From NCBI RefSeq assembly GCF_006345805.1, contig NC_043000.1, positions 63,922,001-63,986,000 on the forward strand: a stretch of DNA of 64,000 bases, written 5' to 3'. The DNA is from Octopus sinensis (lineage: Eukaryota). Below are positions 1 to 13,130 of this stretch, piece by piece (positions within the stretch are counted from its first letter, which is position 1; each line of letters starts with the position of its first letter). The position numbers were made by a program, and so were the translations under genes. A model generated the notes under the pieces. It ran no database searches. It had not been told where the DNA came from and saw nothing but the letters and a program-made list of their open reading frames with translations.

Positions 1-19
1 TATTTTCTTTGGTTTCAAT

Positions 20-574
20 TTCTCCTTTGTGAGTCAAGTTGTCTGATTTTTTTCTGTTTATTCTTACTATTTATTTTAATCTAATTATTCTTATTATTAC
101 AAAAATTTATTCATTAAATTTATTTCATTTTTGTTTTTTATTTTTTTTTTACTATTTATTTCATTCTAATTATTTTTATTTAGTTATTTTTATCTTTATT
201 TGTAGAATCTGGTTTAAGGGTTTATACACCTGTTAAACCTGTTAATATTAATTGTCAATATATAGTGCCCCAAGATAAATAACAAAAGAGAAAAACTTTC
301 TCCTTTGTGAGTCAAGTTGTCTGATTTTTTTCTGTTTATTCTTACTATTTATTTTAATCTAATTATTCTTATTATTACAAAAATTTATTCATTAAATTTA
401 TTTCATTTAAAAAAAATTTTTTTTTTACTATTTATTTCATTCTAATTATTTTTATTTAGTTATTTTTATCTTTATTTGTAGAATCTGGTTTAAGGGTTTA
501 TACACCTGTTAAACCTGTTAATATTAATTGTCAATATATAGTGCTCCAAGATAAATAACAAAAGACAAAAACTT
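20..574. repeat. Direct tandem duplication, 2 x ~278 bp
   Basis: ttctcctttgtgagtcaagttgtc starts at 20 and again at 298; the copies differ at only a few positions and end at ...caaaaactt (574). Confidence 0.95.
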
Positions 575-2394
575 GACGTTCGTTCATTTCAAGATTTCTG
601 GAGAATTGCATATGGATTTGTATAGTAAAATTATCGTGCTGTATATGCATTCTGCAGTGAATCTGTGTATGTCATACAACAAGTGTACAAAGACATTATC
701 ATACTAGACACCAGACTATATTTAAAAACTCTGATGAGAAAAGTGAAGCCATAAAAAGGGGTAGTTCTAGTTACAAAAAAAGCACTTTTTTTTTTGTCCA
801 AATGCTTGGAATGAAAAATAAAGCCAATGAATGTAGTTACACAATTACTCAATGTATAGCTGAGAAAGGTAAACCTTTTATAAATGGAGAATTTATCAAA
901 AAAGCTTTTCTGAGAAGTGCTAAAATTTTGTTCAGTGATTTACCAAACGCTGAAACAATACTGTCTCAATTTCAAGAAATACCAGCTTCTGTGAGATCAA
1001 TTGAGAGATGTATAACTGATATAACTGAAAACATAACAATAAAACAAAAAGTTGTATTACAAAAAACTGCTGCATTCAGTGGTGCTGTCAATGAAAGTAC
1101 TGACGTGAATGACATGGCGTGCCTAGCAATTGTTGTAAGATACTGTGACAATGATCGTATTTATGAAGAATTAAGTTGTTTGATTCCTCATACCAATACA
1201 ACTACAGGACAGGACATTCTGATTGCATTTGTAAATTATTTCGAAAATCAAGCCATTAATATAAATAAAATATTTCACTTCACTACTGACGGTGCACATG
1301 CAATGGTTGGAAGGAAAAAGGATTTTTTAATCTTTTGAGAATCATAGTGGATGCAATGTAATGAGTTTTAATTGCATTATACATCAGGAAAATTTAATTG
1401 CAAAAATTTTGTCCCAAAGCTTGAATTCTGTCATGGAGACTGTTGTTTAAATAGTTAACTTCATAGTTTCTCGCTCTTCACTGACTCACAGACAATTTAA
1501 GTCCTTTCAGCAAGAATTGGACAGTGAATATGCAGACCTCCCACTACACAGTAATGTCCATTGGCTTAGTCAGGGTAATGTTTTGAACAGATTTGTATCA
1601 TGCTTAGAAGAAATCAAAATATTTCTTGAAGAGTAACATTTCCCAGAATTGAACAATGAAGACTGGTTATTTAAGTTGATGTTTCTAACTGACATAAGCA
1701 AACACTTGAATGATTTAAATTTGCATTTACAAGGGAAAGATCAAACAGTATTTGATCTTTTTGAACACTGAAAATTTTGTTAAAATTAGATATTTTTGAT
1801 GTGATATACTTAGCAACACTTACAAATACTTTCCAAATGTAAAAACTTATTCACATTGATTTAATGTTAATAGAAACGAACTTTAAAAAATATATTGCAA
1901 CGTTGAAAGAAGAATTTTTCAAGTGAGGTAAAGATTTTGAAACTTACACTCCTATATTTTCTTCTCTCATTGAACTCGACTTGATTGACTTGAAAACAAA
2001 CCCACTTGATCTATCACTTTTTGAGTGGATGCATGTTGATAGTTTTGAAATGATTGAATTAACAACTTCAGAATTGTGGAAAACAAAATTTGCGGAATTA
2101 TGAAAAACTCTTGAAAGAAACTGCTTGGAGAAGTCTGTTGCCATCTTCAATTGCTGGATGTCATTGCCTAAAAGATTCAGTTATTTAATGAAAATCTCAT
2201 ATGCTCTGCTTTCAGCCTTTGGTTCAACATATACATGCAAACAAATTTTTCCACATATGAAATCTGTTTTGAGTCCACAAAGAAGTTGTCTGACAATTCA
2301 ACATTTAGAAGTTTGTGTAAAGCTAAAAGTCACAAATTATGCACCTGATATTGAGAAATTAAGCAAAGATGTACAGGGACAAGGTTCTCATTAA
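545..2394 (+). pseudogene. Decayed hAT transposase (SPIN/Buster, GTF2IRD2/EPM2AIP1-like subgroup)
   Basis: N-terminal KRQKLDVRSFQDFW...FC..RHYHTRH zinc-finger remnant; ORF 802-1338 with KGKPFINGEFIK, NESTDVND, YEEL, TTDGAHAMVG; C-terminal dimerisation motif SAFGSTYTCKQIF...QGQGSH* (2125-2394); many stops and frameshifts between. Confidence 0.9.
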
Positions 2395-2789
2395 TTTATA
2401 AAAATTTAATGTAACTTGTTTATAATTTTGTTCTGTTGTTTATAATTTGAAAAATTTTTTTAATTAATTTTTAAAATAAAATCATATTTTTTCCCATGCA
2501 ATTTGAATTATTAAAGGATTAGATAAAATATATTTCTGTTATAGTGAGTTTCAAAAGTATAAACTCTACTAATAGAAGAATAAAAGTAGTAATATGAGGT
2601 TAGTACATGTAATGCTTTTGGAAGCTAGGTTTGGCACTCCATTATCAAAAGGTTACCGATGCCAGGATTAGGCAATTAATTCTAGGAACAGTTCAAGCAC
2701 AGCAGAAGTGGTTAAGTTACTGACTGCAATAATATCAACCACAACATAAAAAGGCTAACCATCCCATCCAAGGATAATTGTGCTTGCCT

Positions 2790-3070
2790 GCTCACTTCAT
2801 GCTTTTGCTTGATGGGGCTGGGAGCATCCTGGGTTAGTGGTCCCAGAGACATCATCATTCATAGAGCTGACCAAGTCCACCAGTGATCTTCATTGCTGAC
2901 AATCCTCTACCAGCCCCTCCTCTGCATCTTCCTAGGTGATATCAAGCCTCTAGAGATCTTCCTTAATCATGTCCAGCCACATGGTGCAAGGCCTACCATG
3001 AAGCCTCTTCCAGCCTGTAGCTGCTGCATCAACTGAGAGTAAAGCTCTGATAGGATGATCTGGCAAGGGA
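2790..3070 (-). mobile_element. RTE-type LINE 3' fragment
   Basis: Minus strand reads PDHPIRALLSVDAAATGWKRLHGRPCTMWLDMIKEDL, matching the RTE ORF C-terminal RPRGRP..RW.D...DL motif. Confidence 0.65.
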
Positions 3071-4399
3071 CAGATAATAATATCTCTTATTAATTTAATG
3101 CTATGAAACTAGGGAAAAACAGGGCTCTTTTTATTGGTTTGATCAAAAGGCTGTGCCTGTGGCCTTTGCAACTCTATGAAGAAAATGTAATATTTTATAT
3201 TCTCCTGCACCATCATTTTATTCAAATTAGGTTAACCTGGAAAGATTCTCTTCCTGATTATTTGATCTGGTATGGTTAACAGCTAAACATCCATTAAATG
3301 ACATCCTATTATCTATAAAAAAAATGGAAGGGCATATTTGAAATGTGATCCTAGATATACTGCATCTGTAAATAAGATGGGATGGTCACAAGTGTAATGC
3401 ATTTAACTATAGGTTGGTGCATCAACACTGACCTGAGGTTAAACAGCAACAACAAGCCAATGATATGGCATCTATGCAGTCCTGATATATTCTCAGTGTA
3501 GCCTAAATCTCACTCAATAATGTCATTACTATGTTTAATATATAGGAAGCACATGCTTTAATTCTAAAAGAGGACAGCAATAAAAGATGGTAATTGCTAC
3601 AGTTAGGAACATAATTCAAATCCTCCATTTCATCAGCAAACCATGTTAGGAGCTGATCTAGGTTATTCATAAACAGCCATTATTTTATAGATTATTGTAA
3701 CTTTACTGCAGTATTTTACAAAATATATTTGTTATATTTATGCAACTCAATGTTTTACACATATATGCATGTGCACATATATGCATATGTATGTTGTATA
3801 TATATACATATATTTACATAGACACATATATATATGTAAACGCATTTATATCTGTGTATGGGTGTGTACATAGATACATACACATATAGCCATCCATCCA
3901 TACATACTCACCCACACACATATATCCATTCATCCATGCAATTTGAAGCAATGCCATTACTTGACTCTTCTCTTAAACAAGCTGTACAGACATGGTCTTT
4001 CAGTCCAGCTGGAGACCTGCACTCTTTTACCCAGATGTGGAAATGATGAGTGTCTCTTACAACAGATTTTCATAGAGCTTACCAAACCACAATGATACAT
4101 ACTGTCGTTCCATTATGGAATTTTTCAATGAGTATTTTGTCTTTCTTCACTATAACCATCCATAGTATGCAACTCATAACAAAGATGTTAAAAATCAAGC
4201 AATGCCTACACTTAATGCTTTGTAAAGTGAAGAAAGGCCCAAAAAGAACTAGTTTACATCACTGGAAACAAAGTCAGTGTTTTCCTTTTAGAGAATGAAT
4301 GGATACAGACTAGGGGGTCTCTCATTTCTACCTGATGGATAGTCATTCACTCTACTGAGTTCATCCACCCTTTGACAGGTTTTGCTTTTCATCCTGCAG

Positions 4400-4620
4400 G
4401 GTGTCCAACATAAACCATTCTCCTTACCAAGCAAACTTGATAAGGTTGCCAGCTTAGTCAATAATGGTCTGCATCTGTTTCATTGTTGCAAATTTACAAG
4501 AAACACTACCATTACAAGGAAAGAAAACCAAGTTACATTGAGGAATACTGTTCATGGCAGAAAAATGTTAGTTGTGGGAAAAGCTAGAAATATGCTCATG
4601 GAAGCAGTAAATGTTTTAGA
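4400..4620 (+). CDS. Candidate exon, product unknown
   Basis: Strong acceptor ttttgcttttcatcctgcag at 4399 and donor gtaagt at 4621 enclose a 221-nt open frame (GVQHKPFSLPSKLDK...MEAVNVL); no family recognised; could be chance. Confidence 0.2.
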
Positions 4621-6972
4621 GTAAGTATTGACAGTTCTGCCCCCAATCCAACATTTTGAGTCATAACTACCATTACTGACAAGATTGAGAATTTGTCATT
4701 GAGAATTTGCCTTCCACCATGCTTTGCTGCTCACATCACTAAGTTCCTGACATACCATCTACCAGTCACATTTTCCTCTGCTTTGTCCTTCAAACCTGGT
4801 CTCTTATATTGAGCCCCAGACTGAATCAAACTAGACAAATATGTGATGACATTATCACTCAAAAATCCACAATGTGCTTCTTATAATCTGATTGGCCAGA
4901 TTTTTACTGACATCATCACTCAGTTTGAAAGATCCTGTTTGTTTATGTACATTTTATTTGCAAAGAAAGCAGTTGGGTTTAAAACTAAGGCTGAGACCTA
5001 CTACTACTACTACTATACACACACATACACACGCACACGCGTGTGCACGTGTGTGTGTGTGTGTATTGTTTCTGTGTATGTTCAAATAAAAATCAATCCT
5101 ACCCAACGAATCCAGTTTGTATCAATAGTTGAACCATTTACCCTGAAATTCTTACTAATTTTTAATCATGATTGTAGGCATCTTAATGGTTCACTTCTCT
5201 CACTTACAATGTTTTCATTTTCTAGTATAAAAAATTCTGATTTTATTTGCAAAAACCTATATAACTAATGATTTTAATAAAGGCTTCAGCATCAAATAAT
5301 TTTGCTCTCTCCAATAAATCTGTAGTAATATGCAAATATAAGGAATATTTACTAGTCTTATGTGAATAATTCTGAATTTTAGAAATAATGTTTCAATAAA
5401 AAAATTAACCCTACTGGTTTCTGAAATTAACCTGCTATAATTCTATTATGATGTTCCAAGGGGAAATAAATTATTTTATAGGAGTAAATATGGTAGTGAT
5501 GCATGTAAAACAAAATAGCTAAAAGAACATTTGAAACTTCAACACAAATGCACTTCACCAAAATTTTCTTTCTTACTCTATATCATTTTCCATATTTGAT
5601 TATTACACAGTTACACAATAACTAAATATGGCAAGTGATATAGAAATAAAATATAAATATAAAATATAAAATAAGGCATTGGATTGGTGAAGTCATTACA
5701 AGGCTAGATGGAATAGCTTGCAAAATTTGTTTCAATTCTCTATTCTCTGAGTTCATAGCTCATCATGATGAACTTAGCTTTTCATTTTTTTTGAGATCAA
5801 CAAGTAAAGCGCCAGTACAAGATAGCGGATTAACAGACTCAGATGAGATACTTTGTGGGATCTGTTCCAGTTGAGTGAATCCTGGGGCAAATTCTGCCTA
5901 CTGATTCAAATCCCACCACTGGTCATGTCACCAGAAAACATACATTGTAAAAAAGGTCTCAAAGTTAAAAATTCTATCAAAAAATTAACCCAATTTGCTT
6001 CGCGAAATTAGTCTGCTATACTTCTGATAGACAGCAACAGAGGTATCTCTCTGCAATTGGATATACCTCATATTGTCTCAATACAGAATTGCCATAAATA
6101 CATAAGCTTTATAGCCCAAACAGTGGGCATCAAACTCACAACTCTTTCCCTCCACTAACCAAACACTCTTGCAAATGGCTCCAGAATTTCAGATACCTTC
6201 AAAACACCCTTAACAACCAGAAAATACTTACAACGCATATTGTATTAACCTACATCTTTATATAAGTAAGATAGCAGCTACACCATATCTCTTTTTAACT
6301 GTGGTATTACATAAAGTTTTTTGCCAATCCTAACTATACTTTTCAAAAACATATTTTCATTGCTTATCTTGATAAGACGTATTTTAATTTTGAGTTGATA
6401 TTTATCAATTGCGTTCAGATCAAAAGTTTTTTAAAAAATAAATAAGAACATCATGCTATTTTCTAATTAAATCTCATTTAGAATTTGAATTACAGTTACT
6501 TTGATAAGCAAGAAGCACATTGTAAATATATACATTTTTATTCACATATTTCACTTAAATTTTCACCAATACTTTGAAGGTAAAAGAGCTGAAAAAATGT
6601 AATTTTGGATTTTGTCCAAAGTTTCACTTCATAGATGCCAACTTGATTTTAAGAGTTGCAACTTCAATGCATTTCCAGAAAAATTACTCTTCTTAACTAT
6701 ATATTGCAACAAAGTAATTCCTTGTTTGTTTCTTTAGACTAAAATATATCAAAGATACAAGGGAAAAGATTAAAATTATAAGGTGAGGGATAATTTGCTC
6801 TCTAAACTATATTAAGTAATTGAATTTTTACAGTCAAATTTAGTTTACATTTTTATTTAGCTCCAAGTCAGCCCCACATTTTTTTCAGAAATAGTTACTT
6901 ATCCAATGTGTCTTTTTTAAGATTTGGCTGCTATTTATAGCAGGTCATGCAACTGAGTAACATTTGCATTAA

Positions 6973-7193
6973 CCCTTTCATTACCGTATTTATTTTGAGA
7001 TGCTCTGTGATTCTTTTAATGACTTTAAATATAACAAAGAATTTAGTAAAATAACTTAGTTATCATTAAGCTGGTGTTAGGAATGTAAATTGTGACTAAG
7101 GTTTGGTGGAAGATTTTAATTCAGAACTTATGAAAACAAGACATTTATACTACAGAGCCAGAGGTGGTTTCAGCTGGGTTGGTAACGAAAGGG
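6973..7193 (+). mobile_element. piggyBac-type MITE (~220 bp)
   Basis: TTAA|ccctttcattac ... gtaacgaaaggg|TTAA: TTAA TSD and CCC-starting TIRs; second copy at 29938-30159. Confidence 0.9.
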
Positions 7194-7699
7194 TTAATAA
7201 ATTGACACAGTATATTTATGTATCAGAAATAAGTAGTTTAAAATATATTCTCCTTACAACAGTGTAGATACACTTACAGAATTAACTTTGTTACATTTCA
7301 AAAACAAACCATATTAAATTATACAGAACTCATTAAAGAATTGGTTCCCGAATTTTATAAAATTAATTTTGCAACAGATTTCAGTCTGTTGCAAACAAGT
7401 TGATTCTTATAATAATTTCTAATGGTATCTTTATTGTTTAACATCATTATTCATGTAAACACAGCCATAAATTAGAAATATTTGACCATCTTTAAGATAA
7501 AATATACTTATTTTGAACTGCCTCAGAAGTGTATATCTTCTGAACATTATTGCTATTCCATCCACAAAATGTCACAATACTTATTCCAACTACAGTGTGT
7601 TGACCACAAGGTCTGAGGATCCCTTCAGCCACCTCCTGCATTCACATAAAAGCTCAGTTGTCTTGACATTATCTTGCCACTGGGCATACTGTATGAGAA

Positions 7700-8150
7700 T
7701 GAGAGAATGAATCTGATGTACAAGCAGCTCATTCTAATTTTGAAGAAAACCTGTGCTAGTCTAGCATCATTGTCATGCGATTAAAGCTACATGGCACACA
7801 ATTGATGACAATGAAATACTGCCTCTTCCATAGTCTTCAAGTGCACAGTAGGTGTTGCATAAGTGGGAACAGTTTCAGTTCTCTGTCCACCTCAACCATA
7901 GGACTACATCCCTTGTTGATATATTGCATATTCAGTGATGGTCTTCATTGATTACCAGTGACTGGAACTTCTTGGAGCCTCAAGCAGTGGCCATTTCATT
8001 GAAGCAGTTGGGGCATCACACATTTGTGACTATGAAATACCACCATTTCTGTAGTTTCTGACACAGCAATGTATTATAGGTGAGAGTAGTCATGATTCCC
8101 CAAGTCCCCTGCATGGATGTGTCTCCTGTTGAAGTCTCATGTGATTGAAC
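7700..8150 (-). mobile_element. Possible L1/Tx1 LINE C-terminal fragment
   Basis: Minus strand ...PTYATPTVHLKTMEEAVFHCHQL resembles the ET.EHA.FHC zinc-knuckle of L1/Tx1 ORF2; heavily degraded. Confidence 0.3.
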
Positions 8151-8268
8151 CCAGTGTCTTCATTCATCAGCAGTGGATGAACATGATAGTTTTAAGTATC
8201 GTTCTCATCTATTTTCTTTGTTTATTTTTCTCTCTTTTCTCTTTTATTTATTCATTCTCTCTTTTATA

Positions 8269-8670
8269 CTCTCTTTTACTTGTTTCAGTTATTTGACTGC
8301 AGCCATGCTGGAGCACCGCTTTTTAGTCGAGCAAATCGACCCCAGGTCTCATTCTTTGTAAGCTTGGTACTTATTCTATTGGTCTCTTTTGCCGAACCGC
8401 TAGGTAACTGGGATGTAAACATACCAGCATTGGTTGTCAAGCGATGTTGGGGGGACAAACACAGACACACAAATACACACACACATATATATACATATAT
8501 ATATATACAACAGGCTTCTTTCAGTTTCTGTCTACCAAATCCACTCACAAGGCTTTGGTCGGCCCAAGGCTATAGTAGAAGACACTTTTCCAAGGTGCCA
8601 CGCAGTGTGACTGAACCCGGAACCGTGTGGTTGGTAAGCAGGCTACTTACCACACAGCCACTCCTGCGCC
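8269..8670 (-). mobile_element. SINE family A (tRNA-derived head, internal (TA)/(CA) tract, GACTGAAACAAGTAAAAGA tail), full length
   Basis: Head ggcgcaggagtggctgtgtggtaag...ggttccgggttcagtc on the minus strand; colinear with many other copies in the window. Confidence 0.9.
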
Positions 8671-9210
8671 TATATTTATTTATTTTTGCTAAGTCATCAT
8701 CAGATTTGACAAACACATCTTCATACAACTTGTAAAGATTGCTAAGACAAATAAAAACTTATGTTTAATGGCTTAGCTAATTTATAGCTTGTTATCTAAG
8801 CCAACTTAAGTGAAAGCAAATATAATTTAGATGAATTTGCTTCTCTAGTACTTAAAAATGCAATACTTGATTTCAATTCATTAGTCTACTAAAAATGATT
8901 TAAAAAGATAATCAAATAGTAATTTATTATGAGTTTATTAGTGCATATATTCTGTAGGTGGCCTAAATATAGAATCTTTTTGTTGTTTTTCACAAAATAA
9001 GATATGAACTACAATGACAACAATAATACAGCAAATAATGACAATGATGTAATAAACAGGCCAAAAGCAAGTTTGGATAATTAAAACATAGTTGGAAGTG
9101 AATAACACTTCAAGAAATCTTGTTGTCTTGGGCAGGTCATTTTGCTAATAATAATAACACATGCACAGTGGTTCAATATCACTTCTTTATTGTTAGTCAA
9201 TTGGTAAATA

Positions 9211-9465
9211 TTCTGTTGTGTCTGGAGAGAGTCATTTTCTTTTTGTGCCTTATTATGTAACATACTCACCGGTAAAATTTCCACTTTTTTCTTATTTTTA
9301 TTGTCTTAAAATTTTCGTTGCATCTTGTAACCTTTTCAATAGTTTTCAATAGTTGCAACGAAAATTTTAGGACAATAAAAATAAGCAAAAAGTGGAAATT
9401 TTACCAGTGAGTATGTTACATAATAAGGCACAAAAAGAAAATGACTCTCCCCAGACACAACAGAA
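9211..9465. mobile_element. Fold-back MITE with ~110-bp TIRs and TA flanks
   Basis: TA|ttctgttgtgtctgg...tcgttgca / tgcaacga...ccagacacaacagaa|TA; arms near-perfect, spacer ~35 bp. Confidence 0.9.
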
Positions 9466-9699
9466 TATGCTTCAAAACATGAACTCATATAAAGAATCTT
9501 GCAAACCAAATCCAAAAACGAAACTGGTAAATATCCAACCAATTAAAGGACCATTTTTTCAATGAGCTGGTTTAACAATCAATCTGTTGTTTGTTAGGTC
9601 AAAATCATTTTATTGCTATTTGTGGTCTCTTCACTGATTTGTTCTCTCTTTTTCTCTTCAAGGTCTGCCCCAAGTCTGTCTGAAAATTAGCCTTATGCC

Positions 9700-10350
9700 T
9701 TTGTGTATGTATGCCTGTACATGTGTCTGTAGATGTGTGTTTACTTCGAAAAGAAGGTAAGAATGAGAGTAAAAAGAGTTTGTATGTGTATGTGCACGCA
9801 TGTACATGTGTGTGTAGTTGTGTGTGTACACTTGCATGACTGCTTGTATGTTTGTTTGTTTGTTTATGGGTGTATGTGCATTAGCCATCCATGACTCTTT
9901 AAGGGCTTGGCCTTTTTTCAAGGTCACCCTGTAAAGATTTATGGATGCAGTACCTTATGTGGGGGAAGAGAAGGAGAGAACAGGGTAGCTGTGTGTGTGA
10001 GAGCATCTGTGCCTGTGTGTGTGCGTGGTCTAGTATGCATGTTTTGTATGGTTGGGTTGGTTCTGTGAGAATGTTTATATGCAAATGTTTGAGTGTTTGT
10101 TTATGTGAGTGCATTCCAGTATGTGTGTGTGCTCTTGTGTACTTGTATGTGCACACATGTGCCTATGTATGTCTGTGTGTGTGTACACATATCTGTGCAT
10201 GCCTGAGTGTGTGTACATGTGTATAGTTGGTGTGTGTATGTGTGTATAATTATGTGTTCTTGTATTCTTGTTTGTGTGTATGTGTGTGTGTGCATGGCTG
10301 TCCACACATGTGCATGGATGGGTATGGTTGTATATTGGAATTTTTCATAG
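9700..10350. repeat. Degenerate (GT/AT) alternating purine-pyrimidine array
   Basis: Continuous gtgt/gtat/gcat units directly 3' of the PLE ORF (on the element's strand). Confidence 0.9.
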
Positions 10351-10659
10351 TTCTATGTATTTATTTGTGAGGATTTTCTTGCATCCTGCTGTCATTCTAA
10401 TTCTACCTTATCGATACCTGCTTATACCTACATGCATACATTGTGTGCATGGATGTGTATTGGAGTTTTACCAATCTACATCTATTTATTTGTATGGATT
10501 ACTATGCATCCTGCTGTCATTCTAACCCTACCCTTTATACACCTGTCTATACCACCACCCACTTGTCCATCCAAACACAGAGATGCACCTATGTATGCAT
10601 ATTGTGTGTGATAATAGTGGCATTGTAGTTCTACTTACTACCTACTATAGATATTTTTT

Positions 10660-11840
10660 ATTCAGTCTCATTTATGAGAACCGAATTGCAACAGGTCTCT
10701 CAGATATTTAGACAAGATATTGATGCTAATTTGGCTCAGCATGCTACCATGTTAATCTTTGGCAAGTTGATAGAGTATAGAGACCGTTTCCTGTCATTAT
10801 ACTCCTGCCTGTGTTTATCTAGTCTCTCTGCTAAACTTCTAGAAGCCTCCCCAATGTACATTGTAGTTCGATTTTTACAATCCCCATCCATGCACTTTAT
10901 GCTGTGGACTACATTCCTAGCCTTACAGTTAATACTGGGGTTAGAGGTGCATACCACACAGTTCAGATCAGTACATGTCACCTTGTCAAAAGTGTACATC
11001 TTACATAACTGTCATCTGATGGACCTCCCAGGTTTCTCAATCGCAATGTTGAGTTTGGTATCCTTCAGAGTTAACTCCCCATTCGGTGTGGCCTATAAAA
11101 ACATCACCCCTCAAAATTTATTTGTCCAGTACCATGTGTTTGTTCTGTTTATTTTATCACAAATTCTCTGTATTCTGTTCCATTGCTTGTCCTGATATCT
11201 AAAGCAGATTCCACTGGCATCCTTACTTATATTATCAAACTTCTTCCTAGATCCCCTGTACATTTTGACTCTATCTCTCTGGTCATAGTCAGAGAACTGC
11301 ATGCAATGCATTAAGTCCTGTGCATATCTCTTTATTTAATAGGCTCTGCATAAGGGGGACATATTGTCCATTATCCTAACTAAATCTGCTATTAGTATGC
11401 TAATCTTTATACTGTGTGATAAAGCTGAGTTCTTGTGAATAATGTATTTGGAAGCTATGGGTTTCAAATAATAGGAGTGGCAAAGTTGAACTTCGCTGTT
11501 TGTAGTCTCTAACCAAAATTTGATATCAAAGACAGAGTGTCTATTGTTAGGATACCTGGTGGGATAGTGTATTGTTATCTTGATACCATGATGGATGAAA
11601 TTAGCTATGCATTGGATGCTCTCCTTGGTATGATCACATGGGATTCTTCTAACTAGAATATTAATATCATCTACATACCTACAGTATAAAGCGAAAAGGC
11701 GTTCTCTGATGATGAAAAACAACAACGATCAGATAGTCATATTTGAATCTGCCAGAATGTATAATGAATGAATAGATATTGTTTGGATTCTCACTGCTGC
11801 TTGCATCCCATAAATTAATGATGTTTTCCATGGAATTTCT
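10660..11840 (-). mobile_element. Penelope-like element remnant (RT + GIY-YIG)
   Basis: YCRYVDD RT motif (11336-11725); thumb YYLKPIASKYIIHKNSAL; linker CTDLNCVVC; GIY-YIG NVVHSIKC..C..MYIGEASRSLAERLDKH (10736-10999). Confidence 0.9.
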
Positions 11841-12853
11841 GCAGGTATAACTAGTATATAGACATATGAATTATTTGTATGTATGTCTGCCTTGTATTCA
11901 GAAACTACAAAATAAACACTCCTAAAATTATATATATATTAATATTTACCATTCCACAGGAAAGTTTGTGTAACATTTATTTAGAGAACTAGCAGCCAAA
12001 TCTCTCTCAAACCATGTGTTACTGTCTGTTAAGAAAGATGATGAAGAAAAGAAGAAAGCCGAAAGTGAATGTAATTAATAGAAAGTAGATATGCATAAAG
12101 TTAGCGGGATATGCATAAAGGTAGGATCAGTGAATGGAAGATTCAAAATTACATTTGAACTCTTTTCCTTTTTTGTTTTCAATCTCTCTTTAGTCCTTCT
12201 TTCTCTTCCTCTTCCCTTCTATCTTTTTCTCACTCTCTGATATAATGAAATAGAAATAGATGGGGAATGAGACACATATAAAGAGAAAGAGAGACATAGA
12301 TGGAGATAGAGGAAGGCAGAGCTGTGGCATTGATTTGTTTATATAGCAACACTTTTCAAATTCCTAGAAATTGTAACCAAATCCTATACTATCTAATGAA
12401 TATACAAATGTTTATATGAACCATTATGGAGCTTTTCCATGTTGACTATGATCTGTTAGAAATGGCAGCCAAATCTTCCTGAAATCACATCCTGCAATCT
12501 TACATATGTAAATAGGTACAAGCCAATTAAGGAATATCTACATACCAGATAGAAATAGTAGCTAGTGGAAGCAATCTCTGTGTGGTAGCAAGACTTGGTA
12601 GAAATAGCAGTCATAAATCTATAAAATCAAAGCCTACTGTTTCATATGTATATATGTATGAGTCACAAGAGATAAGATTGTGGTAACTTGATCTGCTAAA
12701 AATAGCAGTTAAATCTCTCTCTCTAATCACAACCTACTACACTGTGTATATATGTGAACCAACAAAGGAAACCACTAAATGGTAACTAAACCTGATAGAA
12801 CAAGCACCCAAATCTCCTTTAAACTCTATCCTGCAGTTGTGTGTGTGTGTATG

Positions 12854-13130
12854 AAGGTGCTTAGTGGTTAGGATGTTACACTCATGATTGTGCAATCACG
12901 GTTTCAATTCTCAGACCAGGCATTGCATTGTACTCTTGAGTAAAACACTTCATTTCACATTGCTCTGTGATCATTTCATCATCTGACATGTGACAGATGG
13001 TGCACCTGTACAGGTAATGCCAATATGATGGAGGGAATAAGCTTAAGTGTACACAAACATTTGGCCACTATAAACAAACCATCTGTATGGTTGTTCAGCA
13101 AGAAATTGCAGAACCCTCATGCATCGTCTA
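12854..13130 (+). mobile_element. SINE family B (tRNA-derived)
   Basis: tagtggttag...ggtttcaattc A/B-box-like head followed by cttgagtaaaacacttcatttcacattgctc; related copies at 16.1, 34.1, 41.4, 44.0 and 52.2 kb. Confidence 0.75.

Larger units (their letters stand above)
1..2666 (+). mobile_element. hAT DNA transposon relic; left end outside the window or lost
   Basis: Transposase remnant followed by ggcactcc...aaaaggttaccgatgccagg (2633-2666), a degenerate match to the Charlie/SPIN-type right TIR (aaaaggttgccgacccctg). Confidence 0.7.

Noticed and set aside
7280-7405. BEACH-domain-like peptide IKELVPEFY
   Set aside because: The flanks do not match the BEACH context (no YLPEFL-type continuation), the frame stops 13 codons later and there is no good donor.
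8280-8735. 151-aa ORF and recurring SFSFRLPNPLTRLW peptides
   Set aside because: These are SINE family A sequence; the same peptide recurs in every copy.
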